Positions 17,063-22,478 of a DNA stretch of 22,478 nt are shown here, one piece after another. This DNA comes from Fidelibacterota bacterium (lineage in GTDB: Bacteria; Fidelibacterota; Marinisomatia; Marinisomatales; S15-B10). The position numbers were made by a program, and so were the translations under genes. The first letter of the stretch is position 1. Each line of letters opens with the position of its first letter. The notes beneath the pieces are model-generated. The model was given only the letters and a program-made list of their open reading frames with translations, did not search any database and was not told where the DNA came from. Location: contig PBTS01000035.1 in assembly GCA_002729175.1 (NCBI GenBank), positions 5,763 through 28,240 of the forward strand, given 5' to 3'.

Positions 17063-17656
17063 TCAGATCTCTCTACGACCTTCCAAGGCGCTCACCAATG
17101 TTGCTTCATCTGTGTATTCCAAGTCACCACCCACAGGAATTCCGCTGGCCAGTCGTGTTACCTTAACGTTATGCTCTTTCAGGAGTTTAGCCAGATAAAG
17201 AGCAGTGGTTTCACCCTCAGCGCTTGGATTTGTGGCTATGATCACCTCTTCTTCTCCATTTATTCTTTCAAGCAATGTATCAAAATGCAAATCCTCCGGA
17301 CCGATGCCATCCAGTGGAGACAGAACCCCGCCAAGAACATGGTACTTCCCGCGGAAATGATTCGTCTTCTCGAAAACTACTAAATCTGTAGTATCTTCAA
17401 CAACACAAAGTAGTGACGGATCTCGTTTGGCATCTGAACAGATTGAGCACGAAGACGTATCAGAAATATTGTGGCATTGGGGACATTCATGGATCTGCTC
17501 TTTTACATCCATAATGGCCTTGGCCAGATTCTGTGCCCAGCCGTCGTTCGATTTCAACAGATAAAAAGCCATCCGCTCAGCTGTTTTCTTCCCAATGCCG
17601 GGGAAATCAGAGAGACCGTCTACCAATCTATTCAGGGATTCAGGAAGGGCGTCCAT
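17063..17656 (-). CDS. recR: Recombination mediator RecR
   Basis: PGIGKKTAER HhH, CPQC..CSIC Zn finger, YHVLGG.LSPLDG, EGETTA, TRLASGIPVG. Confidence 0.98.
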   Translation of the reverse strand: MDALPESLNRLVDGLSDFPGIGKKTAERMAFYLLKSNDGWAQNLAKAIMDVKEQIHECPQCHNISDTSSCSICSDAKRDPSLLCVVEDTTDLVVFEKTNHFRGKYHVLGGVLSPLDGIGPEDLHFDTLLERINGEEEVIIATNPSAEGETTALYLAKLLKEHNVKVTRLASGIPVGGDLEYTDEATLVSALEGRREI

Positions 17657-17662
17657 TCCGTA

Positions 17663-17998
17663 TTAGGTGCCGGGAATCTGGAGGTCTCCCAGTGAGCCCA
17701 GCACACTGCCCGAAATGCCGGACATACGTTTCTGAGATTCCTCTCCCGCTTTGCTCAAACCTTGATTCACAGCCGCCACGATGAGATCCTCTACCATCTC
17801 CACATCATCGGTGAGAATTTCAGGATCGATCTTTAAAGATAAAAGTTCCTGCTTGCCGTTTACAATGGCTACGACCATGCCGCCACCTGCCTGACCTTTT
17901 ATTTCCAGTTTTTCCAGTTCAGCCTGAGTGGCTTCAAGTTTCTCCTGAACGTTTTTAGCCTGTTTCATAATATTTTGAAAATTACCTTTTGTAAACAT
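17663..17998 (-). CDS. ybaB: YbaB/EbfC nucleoid-associated protein
   Basis: MKQA..Q, AGGGMV, IDP, EDLIVAAVN; canonical dnaX-ybaB-recR order. Confidence 0.96.
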   Translation of the reverse strand: MFTKGNFQNIMKQAKNVQEKLEATQAELEKLEIKGQAGGGMVVAIVNGKQELLSLKIDPEILTDDVEMVEDLIVAAVNQGLSKAGEESQKRMSGISGSVLGSLGDLQIPGT

Positions 17999-18019
17999 AA
18001 TGCCTCCTAATACAGATAA

Positions 18020-19633
18020 TTAATCTAGGATTTCACCACCAAATAATTCAAGCATACGCTGAGTGACGGGATGAGTTTCTTCTGTTTTATTAAAAGAAGC
18101 TTTTTCATTTTGCACCAAAACGAATTCTACCCTCATTTCCTGGTCCAGCACTTTCATAATACTCGTTTCGATCCTTCTCACATTTTTCTTCAATACTTCC
18201 AGTTGAAATTTATATTTCTTAGGAAAACCTATAGTCAGACTTTTTCCTGAAAGTTCGATCGGCTTACCGTGAGAGAGAAAGGTGCTGATGGACGTTCCAT
18301 TTTCGGAAACTTTGGTCACAACCTCCTCCCACCGTTTGATAACTTTCTCAAGCTGCGGACTGTTCTCAACCGAAGATTTTGCCTCTTTCTTTTCCGGTGC
18401 GGTTTCACTTGCAGCAGTCGAAGATTTTTCCTTAACCGTTGATTGCGGTTCCGGCTGGAAAATCTCAGTTGCCTTTTGTTCTTCAGTGTAATTTGTTTCA
18501 GTGTTTCCTGAAGACAGTTTTTTCAGGATATCAGCAATATTGACTGAAGCATCCATTTCAGCAAGCTTAAGTATCATGGCCTCTACATAAATCTTCGGTT
18601 GCTGAACATACTTTAATTGTGACTCCATGACGGTAACATGATCAATCTGTCGGATAAGATCGCGTGGATTCAAGCCTTTACTCTCTTCTGAATAGCGTTG
18701 CTTCAGGTCATCAGTCATGTCAAGTAACTGGTCACCCTTTTCCCCACTTGCAATAAGGAGGTTTAGCAAATGGCGGTTGAGTCCACCGATTAAATCAGTA
18801 AGGGCAAAACCCTTGGCGTGAACTTCCGACAGTTGAACAAGTAAAGCACTGTGGTCCTTTGTCTTGAGGGCATCGGTGATGCTGAAGAATAGATCGTTTG
18901 GAATAATGCCTAACATTTCAGTTGCAGCTTTCAGGGTGACAGAGTCACCACAAAAAGCGATAAGCTGATCGGTAAGACTCAGGGCATCCCGCATGCTGCC
19001 GTCAGCCATATTGCCGATAAGATGGAGGACTGTGTCCTCAATTTTTATCTCTTCCATTTCAATGATTGTTCTCAAACCTTTCTCGATGGTCTCTAATGAC
19101 ATCCTGTGGAAATCGTGCCGCTGGCATCGTGAAAGAATAGTAGGTAAAACTTTATTTGGTTCGGTAGTAGCAAAAATAAATTTGACGTGAGGTGGCGGTT
19201 CTTCCAGTGTTTTAAGCAGAGCGTTGAAGGCCGCCTGTGTAAGCATATGCACTTCATCAATGATGAACACTTTGAACTTGGCGTTGATTGGCGCGTACTT
19301 AACCAACTCCCTCAAATTTCGAATCTCATCGATTCCACGGTTGGATGCGCCATCTATCTCAAGAACGTCCATACTCCGGGATGAGGCTATCTCATCACAG
19401 TTTTGACAATCATTACAAGAACTTCCGTTACTCTCATTCAGGCAGTTAAGCGCTTTTGCCAAAATGCGAGCGGTGGTGGTCTTACCTACTCCCCGCGGCC
19501 CAGAAAATAGATATGCATGTGCAATGCGATCCCGCTCAAAAGCATTCAACAATGTCTTGGTTACATGCTCCTGACCAAGAACATCCTGAAACTTTTCAGG
19601 TCTGTATTTACGTGCTAATACCTGATAACTCAC
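18020..19633 (-). CDS. dnaX: DNA polymerase III subunit gamma/tau
   Basis: YQVLARKYRP, GPRGVGKTT, C..C..C Zn module, EIDGASN, IIDEVHML, FNALLKTLEEPP, SRCQ; GTG start. Confidence 0.98.
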   Translation of the reverse strand: MSYQVLARKYRPEKFQDVLGQEHVTKTLLNAFERDRIAHAYLFSGPRGVGKTTTARILAKALNCLNESNGSSCNDCQNCDEIASSRSMDVLEIDGASNRGIDEIRNLRELVKYAPINAKFKVFIIDEVHMLTQAAFNALLKTLEEPPPHVKFIFATTEPNKVLPTILSRCQRHDFHRMSLETIEKGLRTIIEMEEIKIEDTVLHLIGNMADGSMRDALSLTDQLIAFCGDSVTLKAATEMLGIIPNDLFFSITDALKTKDHSALLVQLSEVHAKGFALTDLIGGLNRHLLNLLIASGEKGDQLLDMTDDLKQRYSEESKGLNPRDLIRQIDHVTVMESQLKYVQQPKIYVEAMILKLAEMDASVNIADILKKLSSGNTETNYTEEQKATEIFQPEPQSTVKEKSSTAASETAPEKKEAKSSVENSPQLEKVIKRWEEVVTKVSENGTSISTFLSHGKPIELSGKSLTIGFPKKYKFQLEVLKKNVRRIETSIMKVLDQEMRVEFVLVQNEKASFNKTEETHPVTQRMLELFGGEILD

Positions 19634-19692
19634 CGGCGTTTACTCCGCTTGATTCTAAGAAAAATAAGTAGGGTAATATACCATAGCCAAAG

Positions 19693-19765
19693 TGGAGCCG
19701 ATGGGGATCGAACCCACGACCTCAGCGTTGCGAACGCTGCGCTCTCCCAACTGAGCTACGGCCCC
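19693..19765 (-). tRNA. tRNA-Ala (anticodon CGC), CCA not encoded
   Basis: Reverse complement reads GGGGCCGTAGCTCAGTTGGGAGAGCGCAGCGTTCGCAACGCTGAGGTCGTGGGTTCGATCCCCATCGGCTCCA. Acceptor stem has G3:U70, anticodon arm is CAGCG-TTCGCAA-CGCTG, T-loop is TTCGATC; 73 nt. Confidence 0.97.
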
Positions 19766-19780
19766 CCGAATCTTCATTCG

Positions 19781-19809
19781 AATTTACCGTCAGAAGTTAA
19801 GAGTTGGAA
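19781..19809 (-). promoter_or_regulatory. Candidate sigma70 promoter for the tRNA-Ala/dnaX run
   Basis: TTCCAA-17 bp-TAAATT on the minus strand, ending 15 nt upstream of the tRNA 5' end. Weak -35. Confidence 0.4.
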
Positions 19810-19850
19810 CAAACAGTTTACGGTATATACCTTCTTCACCACACTATTTC

Positions 19851-20807
19851 ATGGCAGACAGATCTAATCCACTTAATCACTCCGCCTACGGCGGCCCCGG
19901 CTGGTCTCCACGCACGGACCCCCTTCATGCTGAGCTGGGATCAGTATGGACTAAGTGCGGAATCAACAGCGAATATGCCCCTTTAAAAGCAGTTCTTCTT
20001 CACCGTCCCGGTAATGAACTGACAGCCTCTGCCGATCCGGAGAAGGTTCAGATGCTGGCCAACATCGACTTGGCCAAGGCTCAAGATCAACACGATGCCT
20101 TAGCAGAAACATATCGGAACGCTGGTGTAATGGTCCATTATGTTGATCCTGAACCGCCATCTGCTCCCAATCAAATGTTTCTCGCCGACCTTCTCTTTTC
20201 AACCCCTGAAGGTATCATCATGGCACGACCGGCTTCTACTGTTAGAGCTGGAGAGGAACGGTGGGCGGCCCGGCGTGTAGCAGATCTCGGAATGCCTATC
20301 ATAAAAAGTGTTGGCGGCACAGGCACTTTCGAAGGTGCGGACGCCATGTGGATTCGACCTGATTTTGCCATTGTCGGCCGCGGACTTCGTACCAATGAAG
20401 AAGGTCAGCGACAGGTAACGCAAGTGCTCGAAAATATGGGTGCCAATGTTGCTAATGTGGATATGCCTGTTGGCACCATGCACCTCATGGGTATGCTTCG
20501 TTTTCTGGATAAAGATCTAGCCATCGGTTGGCCTCTCAGACTTGTATATGCAGGTTCTGATGTGCTGATGGAGTCTGGATATGAGATCGTTTATCTTCCG
20601 GATCCAGAGGAGACATTGGCTCATTCCGGATTTAATTTTGTTACCATTGCTCCCCGGGAAATTGTCATGCCCGCCGGGAATCCCAATCTTCAGTCATTCC
20701 TTGAAAATCTCGAGATTAAATGTCATGCGATTGATGTTTCTGAACTTAGCAAAGCTGCGGGCGCTATAGGATGCCTTACAGGCGTTCTTCACAGAGAATT
20801 CATCTGA
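19851..20807 (+). CDS. Amidinotransferase / arginine deiminase / dimethylargininase superfamily enzyme
   Basis: SEY..LKAVLLHRPG, A..QHD, R.GEE, FEGAD, G...RTNEEG, MHL, and C-terminal nucleophile in ELSKAAGAIGCLT. Confidence 0.9.
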   Translation: MADRSNPLNHSAYGGPGWSPRTDPLHAELGSVWTKCGINSEYAPLKAVLLHRPGNELTASADPEKVQMLANIDLAKAQDQHDALAETYRNAGVMVHYVDPEPPSAPNQMFLADLLFSTPEGIIMARPASTVRAGEERWAARRVADLGMPIIKSVGGTGTFEGADAMWIRPDFAIVGRGLRTNEEGQRQVTQVLENMGANVANVDMPVGTMHLMGMLRFLDKDLAIGWPLRLVYAGSDVLMESGYEIVYLPDPEETLAHSGFNFVTIAPREIVMPAGNPNLQSFLENLEIKCHAIDVSELSKAAGAIGCLTGVLHREFI

Positions 20808-20863
20808 ATTTCTGTTCCCAAGCTCTACACGCCAAAACAGTTTAAAGATTTCATTTGATTGGC

Positions 20864-20892
20864 TTGCGTTTTGTGGGTCAGTATTTTAAACT
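20864..20892 (+). promoter_or_regulatory. Candidate sigma70 promoter for the amidohydrolase gene
   Basis: TTGCGT-17 bp-TAAACT, 50 nt upstream of ATG 20943. Confidence 0.4.
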
Positions 20893-20942
20893 GATACAGT
20901 AAGTGGACAATTCTGGAAAATAAATGTAAAGTGAGGTTAAGG

Positions 20943-22478
20943 ATGAAACGACTCTTCTGCCTTTTATTGACCCTTTTCGTTATAAAAAATGTTTACGCTT
21001 CACCAAAGCGTTTCGGGGATCTTGCTGAAGGACCATACGAGAAACTGGTGATCCAGAACATTATGGTGATACCAGGCCATGGTGGTCCACCGGTTGGGCC
21101 TTATGATATCGTTATAGAGAAGAACATGATCACTGAAATGACACCTTTCGATCCTGTCACTGCTGAACGACGTGGCGATACTGACCGTGCCAAAGGTGAT
21201 CGATTGATAGATGGAACCGGATTATATGCCATGCCAGGAATGACCGACCTGCACATGCATCTCCGGAAAGAACCTATGGAGATCGAATATGTCTATTACC
21301 TGAAATTGGCTCACGGTGTAACAACACTTGTACCCGCTGCCGACCGGGGACTTGAAGCCGGCATGTCTGAAGCAGAAAAAAGTAAGAATAATGAAATCCT
21401 AGCTCCCCGTCTTTTTCCCATCTGGGGTTGGGGAAGAAATGTCGATATGACTCAAGTCGAAAAGGATGATCCAAAAAATGCGGACAAGATCGTCCGTAGA
21501 ATGAGTGCCCAAGGTGCTCATGTGGTTAGCGTCGGTGGTCAGGCTTGGAGTCAAGAGTTGTTCGGCGCTGCCTGTAAGGCGGTCTGGGAAAACGGCGGCA
21601 TTACCACTGTTCACCTCCCTCCTTCCTCAAATGCTGTAGTTCAGGCTGTGGATGCGGCTCGGCTCGGGGTTACTATGATTGAACACCATTACGGTTATGG
21701 TGAATCTTCGTTGGACCGCTCCGTTCAAGATTTCCCTCGGGATTACAATTACAATGATGAAAATGCCAGGTTCCGCCACGCTGGTAAAGTTTGGGTTGAT
21801 GCCGATAAAAAAAGACTTCTTTCAGAGGTGGCTGACTCTCTTGTTGCCTATGGTGTAACCATGCTCCCGACCCGAGTGGTATACGAAGCCAATCGGGACA
21901 TTGTGCGGTCACAAAGCTTACCATGGCATAAAAAGTATACCCATCAGGCCCTTATCAACTGGAACCTTCCTAATCCGGCTTATCACGGCTCATATCACTA
22001 CGACTGGACCTCCGATGATGAATATTACTGGTATTACGCTTTTGATTTGTGGGGAGACCTTATCTATGAATTCAATAAAAGAGGCGGTCGTGTTGCCTAT
22101 GGAACAGATGATAACTATATCTGGGCAACACCGGGATTCTCAAACGTCCGGGAACTACAACTTCTCCGAGAATCAGGAATGCACAATCTTGAAGTGATAA
22201 AATCAGCTACTCTCAACAGTGCTCAAACACTTCGACAGAATAATTTGGGACTTGTCAGGCCAGGTTACATTGCGGATCTGGCGTTGGTAGATGGCAACCC
22301 CGCATACAATCTTCGATTCCTATACAGCTTCGGTGCGCTCACCATAGATGAAGATGGTGAGATGATTCGCACAAAGGGAATTGTTCACACAATCAAGGAT
22401 GGTATCGTCACCAACAATGCCAGACTTATGGAGGAAGTTGCTAAAATGGTGAAAAAATCGAAGCGAGGGATCGGACCG
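20943..22478 (+). CDS. Secreted amidohydrolase-superfamily protein (partial, runs off right edge)
   Basis: Not in the ORF track; translated by hand and open for 512 codons from ATG 20943 (GAGG upstream). Signal-peptide-like MKRLFCLLLTLFVIKNVYA; IDGTGLYAMPGMTDLHMH (HxH); HGVTT; TVH; IEH; AYGTD; SATLNSA; G.VRPGYIADLALVDGNP. Confidence 0.93.
   Translation, partial: MKRLFCLLLTLFVIKNVYASPKRFGDLAEGPYEKLVIQNIMVIPGHGGPPVGPYDIVIEKNMITEMTPFDPVTAERRGDTDRAKGDRLIDGTGLYAMPGMTDLHMHLRKEPMEIEYVYYLKLAHGVTTLVPAADRGLEAGMSEAEKSKNNEILAPRLFPIWGWGRNVDMTQVEKDDPKNADKIVRRMSAQGAHVVSVGGQAWSQELFGAACKAVWENGGITTVHLPPSSNAVVQAVDAARLGVTMIEHHYGYGESSLDRSVQDFPRDYNYNDENARFRHAGKVWVDADKKRLLSEVADSLVAYGVTMLPTRVVYEANRDIVRSQSLPWHKKYTHQALINWNLPNPAYHGSYHYDWTSDDEYYWYYAFDLWGDLIYEFNKRGGRVAYGTDDNYIWATPGFSNVRELQLLRESGMHNLEVIKSATLNSAQTLRQNNLGLVRPGYIADLALVDGNPAYNLRFLYSFGALTIDEDGEMIRTKGIVHTIKDGIVTNNARLMEEVAKMVKKSKRGIGP

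Noticed and set aside
18500..18530. dnaX gamma/tau programmed frameshift at the A6 run (CTG AAA AAA CTG) near the end of domain III
   Set aside because: Not an in-frame A AAA AAG heptamer, too short for transcriptional slippage, and no clear stimulatory elements.
19634..19765. tRNA as integration site of a genomic island
   Set aside because: Its 3' end is followed directly by dnaX; no integrase or duplicated tRNA 3' end is seen in the window.
19649..19867. 72-aa + strand ORF and the many other short ORFs in the track
   Set aside because: This one is antisense to the tRNA. The others are antisense or alternate-frame shadows of well-supported genes, with no recognisable motifs.
1..22478. CRISPR array, IS element, prophage or clear rho-independent terminators
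   Set aside because: None detected by eye: no spaced repeats, transposase/integrase motifs or strong GC hairpin followed by a U-tract in the intergenic gaps.

Overview
Bacterial core-genome window with no CRISPR array, IS or prophage. Gene order and protein style suggest an FCB-superphylum organism, possibly Ca. Marinimicrobia; this is inference only. Two long minus-strand gene runs dominate. Run 1 is alaS - PPC/DUF296 - ridA - diacylglycerol-kinase-family gene - DUF5683-like - NSS transporter - degenerate UbiA-like membrane protein - 2x[4Fe-4S] ferredoxin - archaeal-type geranylgeranyl reductase - exonuclease-fused DinG (truncated by the left edge). Run 2 is tRNA-Ala(CGC) - dnaX - ybaB - recR - pgsA - pgpA - cinA - orphan Type III Mod-like methyltransferase - thpR - recA - recX. 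A stand-alone plsX lies between the runs on the + strand. An amidinotransferase-superfamily gene and a secreted amidohydrolase (truncated) lie at the right end. The most notable element is the overlapping UbiA-like / ferredoxin / GGR trio, which resembles archaeal isoprenoid-lipid saturation machinery although the UbiA-like protein has lost its Asp-rich catalytic motifs. Second is a Res-less, terminally trimmed Mod methyltransferase inserted in the cinA-thpR-recA operon.
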